A DNA stretch of 56,758 nucleotides from assembly GCA_032718475.1 (NCBI GenBank), contig JAUCBJ010001675.1, positions 1 to 56,758 of the forward strand, in the 5' to 3' direction. Position numbers and translations under genes: made by a program. Every line of letters begins with the position of its first letter. Position 1 is the stretch's first letter. The stretch comes from Nemertoderma westbladi (taxonomy: Eukaryota > Animalia > Xenacoelomorpha). This document shows positions 1 through 12,292 of this stretch, piece by piece. A model generated the notes under the pieces. It ran no database searches and was not told the DNA's origin. It worked only from the letters and a program-made list of their open reading frames with translations.

Positions 1-2
1 GA

Positions 3-1367
3 GTAGGCGATGGGGTAGCGCGAACGACGGGATTAAACCCGGAAGTCGCGGAGTACATACCGGTAGGTAGGCCTATATCGGTACAGCAGCATGACTATAA
101 TACACAGGGACATAACATATATCCAGGGGAGGGGAGAGTTATTGTAGATAGATGTATGGGCCCCAATATATTAACATCAACTCCAGTACTAAACATACCG
201 GTGGGAGGGGGACAGGGTGACATTCCCCCATCACAATATCAACAATATACCCCAATAGGAGCAAGAACATCGAACTCCCTGGACGAGAACAGGTCGTGCG
301 GACAGTCGCTACCACACGCGGCCATACAGGGGGCTACTAGCCCACAGTCAGCTGGTAGTAGGGCCACACCGTGGCAGGGACAGAAAGAAAATAACGCCAT
401 AAATAAACATAATCCCAATATACCCAGTAGGCCGAACACAGACAACCAAAACACTAAATCGGTACATATAAACCTACGCGCCATACGTGAGGGACTATAC
501 AGGGAACGCTATAATCCAGGATTCAAATGTCAATTACACCGGGACGGAACCCATAAGACCAGGAGTTGTAAGCACTGGCAAGCGTTGCCCAAACAAGATC
601 GTGTAGCCTACACAGACGCAAACGGACTATGTCATCGATGTGTGGTAGAAGGACACAGATCCGGAGAGTGTAGAGAAACAGCAGCTACAAGCACAACAGA
701 AGAGAAGAAGAGAAAAGTACTACTCGGGGTAGTACCAGAGAAGATATCAGGAGAGGGCGGTCGTTCAGTAACGACATGTTACCATGGGTGCATGTTACCA
801 GGCACCGTAGACACAGAGGACGAAGATAAGAAGCCGGAGGAGATAGTAGAGCTATACAGTAAAGTAACAATAAGAGAGTGTGCGGAGGATAATAGACTTC
901 CCAGCGGGTGTCGGTGTGGGGATGGAGGGGAGCGGACGGCGGGGTGTCCGGGGGACAACACTCCGGAGGAGTGTCCGGTGAAGTGTCAGGAGGACAATAG
1001 TCCGGAGGGGTGTCCAGGGGAGTGTCCGGAGGAGACGCCGGTCCGGTTGAGAGGCGTGCCGACGGGGGGGAGGTCGAGAGGGGGGGCAGGATGGAGAGGG
1101 GTAGGACTGCTGTTGTACCTCCTGTTTTGCCTGTTCTTTCACTTTCTATTCATTCTGCCGGCGGGAGACAACAAGGAGGGAGGTGGCATTTTGATGCCAG
1201 GAGATGAGCTAGTTAAGAAAGCAGCGGAGAGACCCGATTTCAGGGTGGCAGAAGAGGGAGAACCAATTCCTGGCGAGATGGAATTGGCGAAGACAGTGCG
1301 GCGAATCCTACAGGACCTACAAGAGCAGCAGTGGGAGAGTGCCTGTTGGAAGAATCGCCCTAGTTAG
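3..1367 (+). pseudogene. Gag-like ORF with zinc knuckles fused through deletions to scraps of protease and the pol end
   Basis: Frame is open from the window start. CQLHRDGTHKTRSC and CHRCVVEGHRSGEC are BEL/Pao-type Gag Cys-His motifs; KVLLGVVP resembles the pre-protease motif. An alternative frame ends CLLEESP*, like CVLEGAP* at 52068. No RT, RNase H or integrase motifs. Confidence 0.7.
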
Positions 1368-1559
1368 GAGGTTTAGTCGTCCAATATTTTGGACTGAGGG
1401 GGGTGGGAATGAGGGCGAGACGCCCTTCCCACAAAAATAATTATTTAATTTAAATAAATAATAATAAATAATTAAATAATTAAATAATTAAAAATAAGAC
1501 AGATAGTAGAAGTAGATTAGTAGAAGTTAGAAGTAGTAAAGGATAGTAAGTAGAGAGGT

Positions 1560-2240
1560 CAGAAGTCGGCGGGTAAGGGAGTGTGGCATATTGTCATGCC
1601 ACGAGTAGTAGTAGGGGGGTTGTGGGCACCGTAAGCGCCACGTAGAAGGAGAGTAGAGTTAGAAGGCGGCGGGGTAAGGGAGTGTGGCATATTGTCATGC
1701 CACGAGTAGTAGTAGGGGGGTCGTGGGCACCGGAAGCGCCACGTAGAAAGTAGTAGGAGAGAGTGGTTGTGGGCACCGGAAGCGCCACGTAGAAAGTAGT
1801 AGCAGAGAGTGGTTGTGGGCACCGCAAGCGCCACGTAGATAGAAGTGGTGAAAGAGTGGTTGTGGGCACCGCAAGCGCCACGTAGAGAGTAGAAAGGGGT
1901 AGACCAAGTATAGTTAGAGTTAGTAGAGAGTTAGAGGGTTTTAGTTAAAGTAGTAGTAGAGTGGTTGTGGGCACCGTTAGCGCCACGTAGTAGAAGAGTT
2001 AGAGTTAAAGTTAGTAGATGGAAGTAGAGTTAGTAAGAGGGTACGTAGTACCGGTTGTGGTTGTGGGCACCGTTAGCGCCACGTAGATGGAGGTAGAGTT
2101 AGTAAGAGGGTACGTAGTACCGGTTGTGGTTGTGGGCACCGTTAGCGCCACGTAGATAGAGGTAGAGTTAGTAAGAGGGTTTTAGTTAGAAGTAGTAGTA
2201 GAATGGTTGTGGGCACCACAAGCGCCACGTAGATGGAGGA
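1560..2240 (+). repeat. Array of short stem-loop modules in purine-rich, C-poor linkers (retroelement 3' internal region)
   Basis: 9x GTGGGCACCG(N)2AGCGCCACGTAG, 2x GTGGCAT-ATTGTC-ATGCCAC and 2x GGTAC-GTA-GTACC. Confidence 0.85.
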
Positions 2241-2736
2241 TTTTAGTCAGAGTTAGAAAAGAGTTAGTAGACTTAGCAGAGAGTTAGTAGTTAGTAGAGT
2301 AGAGTTAGAGTTAGTAAGTTAGATAAGGTAGATAGTATGATAGCACAGGGATAGCATTAGAGATTAGGGCCTTAGAGAGTGGCAGAGAGTGGAGAGGTAA
2401 CTAGTGCGGAGTGCGAAGAGAGCGTGGGCGCAATTCAAGTGTGGGGGAGGAGAAGTGAGAGGAAGAGTGTGGGACGAGGAGGTCCGGGGGTATACGAGAG
2501 TTGGAGTAGAGTGGTGAGAGTGTTGGGGAAACAAAAATTGTGTGAGAGAAGCGCACGATCGGCCCGACACGAGACGCCAGAGGGTAGTGACATCATACCC
2601 ATAGGGAGCGGCCTGGAAAGCCGACTCAGAAAAAATATACCCACCCCACACCCGATGCTAGATCGGGATCCAGCGGAATTGTAGCGCACTTGAGTTGGAT
2701 GCTATCTTCTTACCGGGAAGATAGCATGGGGGGGAG

Positions 2737-3270
2737 TGTTAGCTTATCCAATTCCGCTAACACAAACCCATAGAGTGAGCAATAAAGCAATATTGGGAGC
2801 ACGAGGTTGATTACCAATCAACCTCGTGTCAGCCCAGTAAACGGGGACAACAGGCCCCAAAGGAGACACACACAATAAGGGTCAGGGGCCAAACCCCTAA
2901 CCGAGAGAGAACACAGGGAGTGAAGGGAAACACTCCAAAGGGTGCCAACAGGGATATCAACCAATCAGAGGGGGGAAAGGCATCGATTGAGTAGCAATAA
3001 GGCCACCGTGCAATATAACCAGTAACCTGTAATCATTCATTCAGTTTACTCAGTCAGATCAGTAGGGTGGAACGGGGACTTCTGTCACCGTCCGCTACCG
3101 CCATTATATATTACCTGTTGTGTCATACTATACTATACTGCTATATATCTCAGACTATTATACCTTTATGCATATTACCGAACATCAGAACTCTTTTACC
3201 TTTCACACACGGCGGGGACGCGTGGATAGAAAACCCAACGGATAAACCGGGATCCGTAGATCCCGTCACA
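2737..3270 (+). repeat. 3' LTR (534 bp) preceded by a polypurine tract
   Basis: Starts TGTTAGC directly after GGGGGGGAG and ends GATCCCGTCACA; termini resemble the LTRs at 45126-45704(-) and 45909-46530(+). Confidence 0.85.
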
Positions 3271-3771
3271 CTTTACTTTACTTTACTTTACTTTACTTTA
3301 CTTTACTTTACTTTACTTTACTTTACTTTACTTTACTTTACTTTACTTTACTTTACTTTACTTTTACTTTACTTTACTTTACTTTACTTTACTTTACTTT
3401 ACTTTACTTTACTTTACTTTACTTTCGTATACTTTACTTTACTTTACTTTATTTTACTTTACTTTACCTTACTTTACTTTACTTTACTTTACTTTACTTT
3501 ACTTTACTTTACTTTACTTTACTTTACTTTACTTTACTTTACTTTACTTTACTTTACTTTACTTTACTTTACTTTACTTTACTTTATTTTACTTTACTTT
3601 ACTTTACTTTACTTTATTTTACTTTACTTTACTTTACTTTACTTTACTTTACTTTACTTTACTTTACTTTACATTACTTTACTTTACTTTACTTTACTTT
3701 ACTTTACTTTACTTTACTTTACATTACTTTACTTTACTTTACTTTACTTTACTTTACTTTACTTTACTTTA
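3271..3771. repeat. (CTTTA)n microsatellite, ~100 units, running directly into the DNAJC13 splice acceptor
   Basis: Seen directly; ends ...ctttacag|GCGGAG. Confidence 0.98.
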
Positions 3772-3774
3772 CAG

Positions 3775-4005
3775 GCGGAGTACCTCCACTCTCTCCGGGC
3801 TCTGAACGCTGTACACAACGCGAACCATTCCTCCCCCTCCCAATCTCGTGAACGTATCAACCGTGTAGAGATTGCCCTGTTGGCCTTAGTTAACGTTATA
3901 AAGAACAACGCCGGCACCGAGTTACAATGTATCAGCCATTTCCGACTGCTATTCTCTTTGCTACAACTCGATGGTTGTGGGAAACTGCAGCAACGAGCGT
4001 TAGAT
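3775..4005 (+). CDS. DNAJC13: DNAJC13/RME-8 internal exon (AEYLHSL...QQRALD)
   Basis: ag|...|gtaagt. RVEIALLALVNVIKNNAGTELQCISHFRLLFSLL matches recalled human [34 protein letters not shown]. Confidence 0.93.
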
Positions 4006-4376
4006 GTAAGTGTTGGTGATTCGCTAAATATATCATTTTATATGTATCATTTAAAGGATGTAAATTACCAGATTGCAAATAGTCAGCTTGGTTAAAAAAA
4101 TCGTGTGGGAGTGGTACTGTCTAGTGGAAAGGTAAGAATGTGTTCTACAATATTCACTTTATATTACATTTACCAACTTAACTTAAATTGAAGGCCTCGC
4201 CTTATTACTATAAACACAATACATTACTTTATTTCCAAGTGAATAACGTAACATGCGCTGTAGTACCGGTAACATAAGCGAACGAAAATTAAAAAATACA
4301 ACTTTTTATTAATAATTTTATCTCATACGTTTCTTTTTGGTTTCATAATCTTTAATATTTTTGTACTACATTACAG

Positions 4377-4551
4377 GTAATTGCATTAGTTACGGCTAAC
4401 CATATGTGCATTACCAGTATTGCCGATTCCGCTGTTCTTCCATATTTACTGATGGTGACGGAAAGTTTGGTATCCAGTCGGTTGTCTGTTTTATCTGCAT
4501 TACAAGCCCTCGCATCAAACACTAAAATTATTAAGGAATCCGTTAATAAAG
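4377..4551 (+). CDS. DNAJC13: DNAJC13 exon (VIALVTAN...TKIIKESVNK G)
   Basis: ttacag|GTA...G|gttagc; phases agree with neighbours; matches human STKIIKEAMAKG. Confidence 0.92.
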
Positions 4552-4574
4552 GTTAGCAATCTCTGCAATCTAAT

Positions 4575-4816
4575 TGTTTACCCTCGTTGCTAGGTACTCC
4601 CTTTTATTTGTTTATCTCCGTTGCTAGGTGCTCTAACTTACTTTGTTTACCCCCGTTGCTAGGAGATCTAGTTTACTTTGTTTACCCCCGTTGCTAGGTG
4701 CTCTAATTTACTTTGTTTACCCCCGTTGCTAGGTGCTCTAACTTACTTTGTTTACCCCCGTTGCTAGGTGATCTAGTTTACTTTGTTTACCCCCGTTGCT
4801 AGGTGCTCTAATTTAC
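4575..4816 (+). repeat. 35-bp tandem array (7 copies) of the splice acceptor plus exon start
   Basis: TTGCTAG|G recurs at 4587, 4621, 4656, 4691, 4726, 4761 and 4796; the last copy is the functional junction. Confidence 0.92.
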
Positions 4817-5003
4817 TTGCTCGATATGTTCTGTAACGCCACCATACCCCAGGTCCGCGAACTCACCGTAGAAGTTTTCTCCAAGTTTATGGCTGACAAA
4901 CTCGTTGGTCCTAAAATTCGTATATTATTAATGAAATTCTTGCCGCCGATATTTATGGACGCGATGAGGGACAGCGCTGCTACTGTGGTACATATGTTCG
5001 AAG
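4803..5003 (+). CDS. DNAJC13: DNAJC13 exon ([12 protein letters not shown]...MDAMRD...HMFE G)
   Basis: Near-identical to the recalled human segment [12 protein letters not shown]...GPKVRITLMKFLP...FMDAMRD; ag/gt boundaries. Confidence 0.95.
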
Positions 5004-5014
5004 GTGAGTAGATA

Positions 5015-5205
5015 GTTTACATTTCATTTCCCAGACGCCAGATTATCCATACAATCTGTATACTGGACCGTCTAAACCATGCCTATACGCAAAATATTTA
5101 TAAGTATAGATTCAGGAAATATATTCGTCAATGACGTCCAGGTGGGATCGAACTGGTGACCTCCGCATTGGAAGTCTGACGCTCTAACCATTCAGCTATC
5201 GGCTC
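5015..5205 (-). mobile_element. tRNA(Gly-like)-derived SINE
   Basis: Minus strand 5205-5136 has an A box (TAGCTGAATGG), a TCC anticodon-like loop and a B box (GTTCGATCC) with poorly pairing stems, followed by an unrelated body and a GAAAT-type tail. Confidence 0.6.
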
Positions 5206-5465
5206 TTATAAAAGATAGGCCTGAAAATAATATTTGATACCTTGTATATCCGCAATTTACATCCTCATGGCCTCCCACCTGCCAATACCGTAATCTGCTA
5301 GCAACCATTATAGTGCTCAACCCTAACTGAACTTGGCCGTCAATGAATAAATATGTTAAAAAATGTTAATATCCAAACTAATCTAACACTTAATAAGAAT
5401 TGGCGTCATTATAGTTATTGATGATATATATTATTTGTGTTTAAATATTTATTTAATTATTTTAG

Positions 5466-5556
5466 GTGTACACGAGAATCCTGAATTAATTTGGAAGGAA
5501 GAAGCCCGGGAGAAGGTCTGTACGGTAACGGCGAGAATGAAACAATCCTTCTGCAA
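5466..5556 (+). CDS. DNAJC13: DNAJC13 exon (GVHENPELIW...KQSFCK)
   Basis: HENPELIW motif; tttag|GT...AA|gttagt; phase 2 joins the exon at 12567. Confidence 0.92.
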
Positions 5557-5739
5557 GTTAGTGTAACTCGCTCTAAATCACGAGAAGTTGCCGAATTTAA
5601 GTTAAATTTTAGTCAAATCATTGGAATTAGGTCTTTTCGAGTTGAACCCAACTGTTAATATAGTAGCAACCAATGTCAGTGTGAATTAATAGTGAGAGTC
5701 ACGTCGTTAAAAAGTGTGGCACGACAAAGAATATTCAAC

Positions 5740-8700
5740 CTGTAATGTTTTTCTCTATCCATGCCCCTAATGTTATTGTCTGCCTCTGTAACGTTTTTCA
5801 CTATCCATGCCCCTAATGTTATTGTCTGTCTCTGCAACGTTTTTGTCCATCCCTTTCCCTGTAACGTTTTTCTCTATCCATGCCCCTAATGTTATTGTCT
5901 GTCTCTGTAACGTTTTTGTCCATCCCTTTCTCTGTATAACGTTTTTCTCTATCCATGCCCCTGTAATGTCATTGTCTGTCTCTGTAACGTTTTTCTCTAT
6001 CCATGCCCCTAATGTTATTGTCTGTCTCTGTAACGTTTTTGTCCATCCCTTTCTCTGTATAACGTTTTTCTCTATCCATGCCCCTGTGATGTTATTGTCT
6101 GTCTCTGTAACGTTTTTCACTATCCATGCCCCTAATGTTATTGTCTGTCTCTGCAACGTTTTTGTCCATCCCTTTCTCTGTAACGTTTTTCTCTATCCAT
6201 GCCCCTGTAATGTTATTGTCTGTCTCTGTAACGTTTTTCTCTATCCATGCCCCTGTGATGTTATTGTCTGTCTCTGTAACGTTTTTGTCCATCCCTTTCT
6301 CTGTAACGTTTTTCTCTATCCATGCCCCTGTAATGTTAATAATGTCTGTCTCTGTAACGTTTTTCTCTATCCATGCCCCTGTGATGTTATTGTCTGTCTC
6401 TGTAACGTTTTTCTCTACCCATGCCCCTGTAATGTTATTGTTTGTCTCTGTAACGTTTTTCTCTACCCATGCCCCTGTAATGTTATTGTCTGTCTCTGTA
6501 ACGTTTTTGTCCATCCCTTTCTCTGTATAACGTTTTTCTCTATCCATGCCCCTGTAATGTTATTGTCTGTCTCTGTAACGTTTTTCTCTATCCATGCCCC
6601 TAATGTTATTGTCTGTCTCTGTAACGTTTTTGTCCATCCCTTTCTCTGTATAACGTTTTTCTCTATCCATGCCCCTGTGATGTTATTGTCTATCTCTGTA
6701 ACGTTTTTCACTATCCATGCCCCTAATGTTATTGTCTGTCTCTGCAACGTTTTTGTCCATCCCTTTCTCTGTAACGTTTTTTCTACCCATGCCCCTGTAA
6801 TGTTATTGTCTGTCTCTGTAACGTTTTTGTCCATCCCTTTCTCTGTAACGTTTTTCTCTATCCATTCCCCTGTAATGTTATTGTCTGTCTCTGTAACGTT
6901 TTTCTCTATCCATGCCCCTGTAATGTTTTTGTTTGTCTCTGTAACGTTTTTTCTACCCATGCCCCTGTAATGTTATTGTCTGTCTCTGTAACGTTTTTGT
7001 CAATCCCTTTCCCTGTAACATTTTTCTCTATCCATGCCCCTGTAATGTTATTGTCTGTCTCTGTAACGTTTTTCTCTAGCCATGCCCCTGTAATGTTTTT
7101 CTCTATCCATGCCCCTAATGTTATTGTCTGTCTCTGTAACGTTTTTGTCCATCCCTTTCCCTGTAACGTTTTTCTCTATCCATGCCCCTAATGTTATTGT
7201 CTGTCTCTGCAACGTTTTTGTCCATCCCTTTCTCTGTAACGTTTTTCTCTATCTATGCCACTGTAATGTTATTGTCTGTCTCTGTAACGTTTTTGTCCAT
7301 CCCTTTCTCTGTAACGTTTTTCTCTATCCATGCCCCTGTAATGTTATTGTCTGTCTCTGTAACGTTTTTCTCTAGCCATGCCCCTGTAATGTTATTGTTT
7401 GTCTCTGTAACGTTTTTTCTACCCATGCCCCTGTAATGTTATTGTCTGTCTCTGTAACGTTTTTGTCCATCCCTTTCTCTGTAACGTTTTTCTCTATCCA
7501 TGCCCCTGTAATGTTATTGTCTGTCTCTGTAACGTTTTGTCCATCCCTTTCTCTGTAACGTTTTTCTCTATCTATGCCACTGTAATGTTATTGCCTGTCT
7601 CTGTAACGTTTTTGTCCATCCCTTTCTCTGTAACGTTTTTCTCTATCCATGCCCCTGTAATGTTATTGTCTGTCTCTGTAACGTTTTTGTCCATCCCTTT
7701 CTCTGTAACGTTTTTCTCTATCCATGCCCCTGTAATGTTATTGTCTGTCTCTGCAACGTTTTTCTCTATCCATGCCCCTGTAATGTTATTGTCTGTCTCT
7801 GTAACGTTTTTGTCCATCCCTTTCTCTGTAACGTTTTTCTCTATCCATGCCCCTGTAATGTTATTGTCTGTCTCTGTAACGTTTTTCTCTAGCCATGCCC
7901 CTGTAATGTTATTGTTTGTCTCTGTAACGTTTTTTCTATCCATGCCCCTGTAATGTTATTGTCTGTCTCTGTAACGTTTTTGTCCATCCCTTTCTCTGTA
8001 ACGTTTTTCTCTATCCATGCCCCTGTAATGTTATTGTCTGTCTCTGTAACGTTTTGTCCATCCCTTTCTCTCTAACGTTTTTCTCTATCCATGCCCCTGT
8101 AATGTTATTGTCTGTCTCTGTAACGTTTTTGTCCATCCCTTTCTCTGTAACGTTTTACTCTATCCATGCCCCTGTAATGTTATTGTCTGTCTCTGTAACG
8201 TTTTTGTCCATCCCTTTCTCTGTAACGTTTTTCTCTATCCATGCCCCTGTAATGTTATTGTCTGTCTCTGTAACGTTTTTGTCCATCCCTTTCTCTGTAA
8301 CGTTTTTCTCTATCCATGCCCCTAATGTTATTGTCTGTCTCTGTAACGTTTTTGTCCATCCCTTTCTCTGTAACGTTTTTCTCTATCCATGCCCCTGTAA
8401 TGTTATTGTCTGTCTCTGTAACGTTTTTCTCTAGCCATGCCCCTGTAATGTTATTGTTTGTCTCTGTAACGTTTTTTCTATCCATGCCCCTGTAATGTTA
8501 TTGTCTGTCTCTGTAACGTTTTTGTCCATCCCTTTCCCTGTAACGTTTTTCTCTATCCATGCCCCTGTAATGTTATTGTCTGTCTCTGTAACGTTTTTGT
8601 CCATCCCTTTCTCTGTAACGTTTTTCTCTATCCATGCCCCTGTAATGTTATTGTCTGTCTCTGTAACGTTTTTGTCCATCCCTTTCTCTGTAACGTTTTT

Positions 8701-11700
8701 CTCTATCCATGCCCCTGTAATGTTATTGTCTGTCTCTGTAACGTTTTTGTCCATCCCTTTCTCTGTAACGTTTTTCTCTATCCTGGCCCCTGTAATGTTA
8801 TTGTCTGTCTCTGTAACGTTTTTCTCTATCCATGCCCCTGTAATGTTATTGTCTGTCTCTGTAACGTTTTTGTCCATCCCTTTCTCTGTAACGTTTTTCT
8901 CTATCCATGCCCCTGTAATGTTATTGTCTGTCTCTGTAACGTTTTTGTCCATCCCTTTCTCTGTAACGTTTTTCTCTATCCATGCCCCTGTAATGTTATT
9001 GTCTGTCTCTGTAACGTTTTTCTCTAGCCATGCCCCTGTAATGTTATTGTTTGTCTCTGTAACGTTTTTTCTATCCATGCCCCTGTAATGTTATTGTCTG
9101 TCTCTGTAACGTTTTTGTCCATCCCTTTCTCTGTAACGTTTTTCTCTATCCATGCCCCTGTAATGTTATTGTCTGTCTCTGTAACGTTTTGTCCATCCCT
9201 TTCTCTGTAACGTTTTTCTCTATCTATGCCACTGTAATGTTATTGCCTGTCTCTGTAACGTTTTTGTCCATCCCTTTCTCTGTAACGTTTTTCTCTATCC
9301 ATGCCCCTGTAATGTTATTGTCTGTCTCTGTAACGTTTTTGTCCATCCCTTTCTCTGTAACGTTTTTCTCTATCCATGCCCCTGTAATGTTATTGTCTGT
9401 CTCTGTAACGTTTTTGTCCATCCCTTTCTCTGTAACGTTTTTCTCTATCCATGCCCCTGTAATGTTATTGTCTGTCTCTGTAACGTTTTTGTCCATCCCT
9501 TTCTCTGTAACGTTTTTCTCTATCCTGGCCCCTGTAATGTTATTGTCTGTCTCTGTAACGTTTTTCTCTATCCATGCCCCTGTAATGTTATTGTCTGTCT
9601 CTGTAACGTTTTTGTCCATCCCTTTCTCTGTAACGTTTTTCTCTATCCATGCCCCTGTAATGTTATTGTCTGTCTCTGTAACGTTTTTGTCCATCCCTTT
9701 CTCTGTAACGTTTTTCTCTATCCATGCCCCTGTAATGTTATTGTCTGTCTCTGTAACGTTTTTCTCTAGCCATGCCCCTGTAATGTTATTGTCTGTCTCT
9801 GTAACGTTTTTGTCCATCCCTTTCTCTGTAACGTTTTTCTCTATCCATGCCCCTGTAATGTTCTTGTCTGTCTCTGTAACGTTTTTCTCTAGCCATGCCC
9901 CTGTAATGTTATTGTCTGTCTCTGTAACGTTTTTGTCCATCCCTTTCTCTGTAACGTTTTTCTCTATCCATGCCCCTGTAATGTTATTGTCTGTCTCTGT
10001 AACGTTTTTCTCTATCCATGCCCCTGTAATGTTATTGTCTGTCTCTGTAACGTTTTTCTCTATCCATGCCCCTGTAATGTTATTGTCTGCCTCTGTAACG
10101 TTTTTATCTATCCATGCCCCTGTAATGTTATTGTCTGTCTCTGTAACGTTTTTGTCCATCCCTTTCTCTGTAACGTTTTTCTCTATCCATGCCCCTGTAA
10201 TGTTATTGTCTGTCTCTGTAACGTTTTTGTCCATCCCTTTCTCCCGAACGTTTTTCTCTATCCATGCCCCTGTAATGTTATTGTCTGTCTCTGTATAACG
10301 TTTTTGTCCATCCCTTTCTCTGTAACGTTTTTCTCTATCCATGCCCCTGTAATGTTATTGTCTGTCTCTGTAACGTTTTGTCCATCCCTTTCTCTGTAAC
10401 GTTTTTCTCTATCTATGCCACTGTAATGTTATTGCCTGTCTCTGTAACGTTTTTGTCCATCCCTTTCTCTGTAACGTTTATCTCTATCCATGCCCCTGTA
10501 ATGTTATTGTCTGTCTCTGTAACGTTTTTCTCTATCCATGCCCCTGTAATGTTATTGTCTGTCTCTGTAACGTTTTTCTCTATCCATGCCCCTGTAATGT
10601 TATTGTCTGTCTCTGTAACGTTTTTGTCCATCCCTTTCTCTGTAACGTTTTTCTCTATCCATGCCCCTGTAATGTTATTGTCTGTCTCTGTAACGTTTTT
10701 GTCCATCCCTTTCTCCCGAACGTTTTTCTCTATCCATGCCCCTGTAATGTTATTGTCTGTCTCTGTATAACGTTTTTGTCCATCCCTTTCTCTGTAACGT
10801 TTTTCTCTATCCATGCCCCTGTAATGTTATTGTCTGTCTCTGTAACGTTTTGTCCATCCCTTTCTCTGTAACGTTTTTCTCTATCTATGCCACTGTAATG
10901 TTATTGCCTGTCTCTGTAACGTTTTTGTCCATCCCTTTCTCTGTAACGTTTATCTCTATCCATGCCCCTGTAATGTTATTGTCTGTCTCTGTAACGTTTT
11001 TCTCTATCCATGCCCCTGTAATGTTATTGTCTGTCTCTGTAACGTTTTGTCCATCCCTTTCTCTGTAACGTTTTTCTCTATCTATGCCACTGTAATGTTA
11101 TTGCCTGTCTCTGTAACGTTTTTGTCCATCCCTTTCTCTGTAACGTTTATCTCTATCCATGCCCCTGTAATGTTATTGTCTGTCTCTGTAACGTTTTTCT
11201 CTATCCATGCCCCTGTAATGTTATTGTCTGTCTCTGTAACGTTTTGTCCATCCCTTTCTCTGTAACGTTTTTCTCTATCTATGCCACTGTAATGTTATTG
11301 CCTGTCTCTGTAACGTTTTTGTCCATCCCTTTCTCTGTAACGTTTTTCTCTATCCATGCCCCTGTAATGTTATTGTCTGTCTCTGTAACGTTTTGTCCAT
11401 CCCTTTCTCTGTAACGTTTTTCTCTATCTATGCCACTGTAATGTTATTGCCTGTCTCTGTAACGTTTTTGTCCATCCCTTTCTCTGTAACGTTTATCTCT
11501 ATCCATGCCCCTGTAATGTTATTGTCTGTCTCTGTAACGTTTTTCTCTATCCATGCCCCTGTAATGTTATTGCCTGTCTCTGTAACGTTTTTGTCCATCC
11601 CTTTCTCTGTAACGTTTATCTCTATCCATGCCCCTGTAATGTTATTGTCTGTCTCTGTAACGTTTTTCTCTATCTATGCCACTGTAATGTTATTGCCTGT

Positions 11701-12292
11701 CTCTGTAACGTTTTTGTCCATCCCTTTCTCTGTAACGTTTATCTCTATCCATGCCCCTGTAATGTTATTGTCTGTCTCTGTAACGTTTTTCTCTATCCAT
11801 GCCCCTGTAATGTTATTGTCTGTCTCTGTAACGTTTTTGTCCATCCCTTTCTCTGTAACGTTTTTCTCTATCCATGCCCCTGTAATGTTATTGTCTGTCT
11901 CTGTAACGTTTTTGTCCATCCCTTTCTCCCGAACGTTTTTCTCTATCCATGCCCCTGTAATGTTATTGTCTGTCTCTGTATAACGTTTTTGTCCATCCCT
12001 TTCTCTGTAACGTTTTTCTCTATCCATGCCCCTGTAATGTTATTGTCTGTCTCTGTAACGTTTTGTCCATCCCTTTCTCTGTAACGTTTTTCTCTATCTA
12101 TGCCACTGTAATGTTATTGCCTGTCTCTGTAACGTTTTTGTCCATCCCTTTCTCTGTAACGTTTATCTCTATCCATGCCCCTGTAATGTTATTGTCTGTC
12201 TCTGTAACGTTTTTCTCTATCCATGCCCCTGTAATGTTATTGTCTGTCTCTGTAACGTTTTTCTCTATACATGCCCCTGTAATGTTATTGTC
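5740..12292. repeat. 6.5-kb compound intronic minisatellite built from 48-bp and 27-bp modules
   Basis: A = GTAACGTTTTTCTCTATCCATGCCCCTGTAATGTTATTGTCTGTCTCT; B = GTAACGTTTTTGTCCATCCCTTTCTCT; mostly alternating with irregularities. Confidence 0.97.

Larger units (their letters stand above)
1..3270 (+). mobile_element. Internally deleted (non-autonomous) BEL/Pao LTR retrotransposon, 5' part outside window; inserted in a DNAJC13 intron
   Basis: Bases 1-100 match the gag region of the element at ~49157-49280. 1340-1435 match its pol end (52040-52135). Gag Cys-His motifs present; PPT GGGGGGGAG followed by a TG...CA LTR. Confidence 0.85.

Noticed and set aside
1560-2240. CRISPR-like repeat-spacer appearance
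   Set aside because: Eukaryotic retroelement context, no cas genes, and spacers are low-complexity, variable in length and copies of one another.
2640-2736. Hammerhead or HDV ribozyme in the structured pre-PPT region
   Set aside because: No CUGANGA...GAAA core or nested double pseudoknot could be placed by eye; kept only as an unassigned structure.
3067-3774. Hydrophobic FTLLY-repeat N-terminus of the 342-aa ORF
   Set aside because: Translation of LTR plus (CTTTA)n; only 3775-4005 is a real exon.
5136-5205. Functional tRNA-Gly gene
   Set aside because: A and B boxes are present but acceptor, anticodon and T stems pair poorly; better explained as a SINE head.
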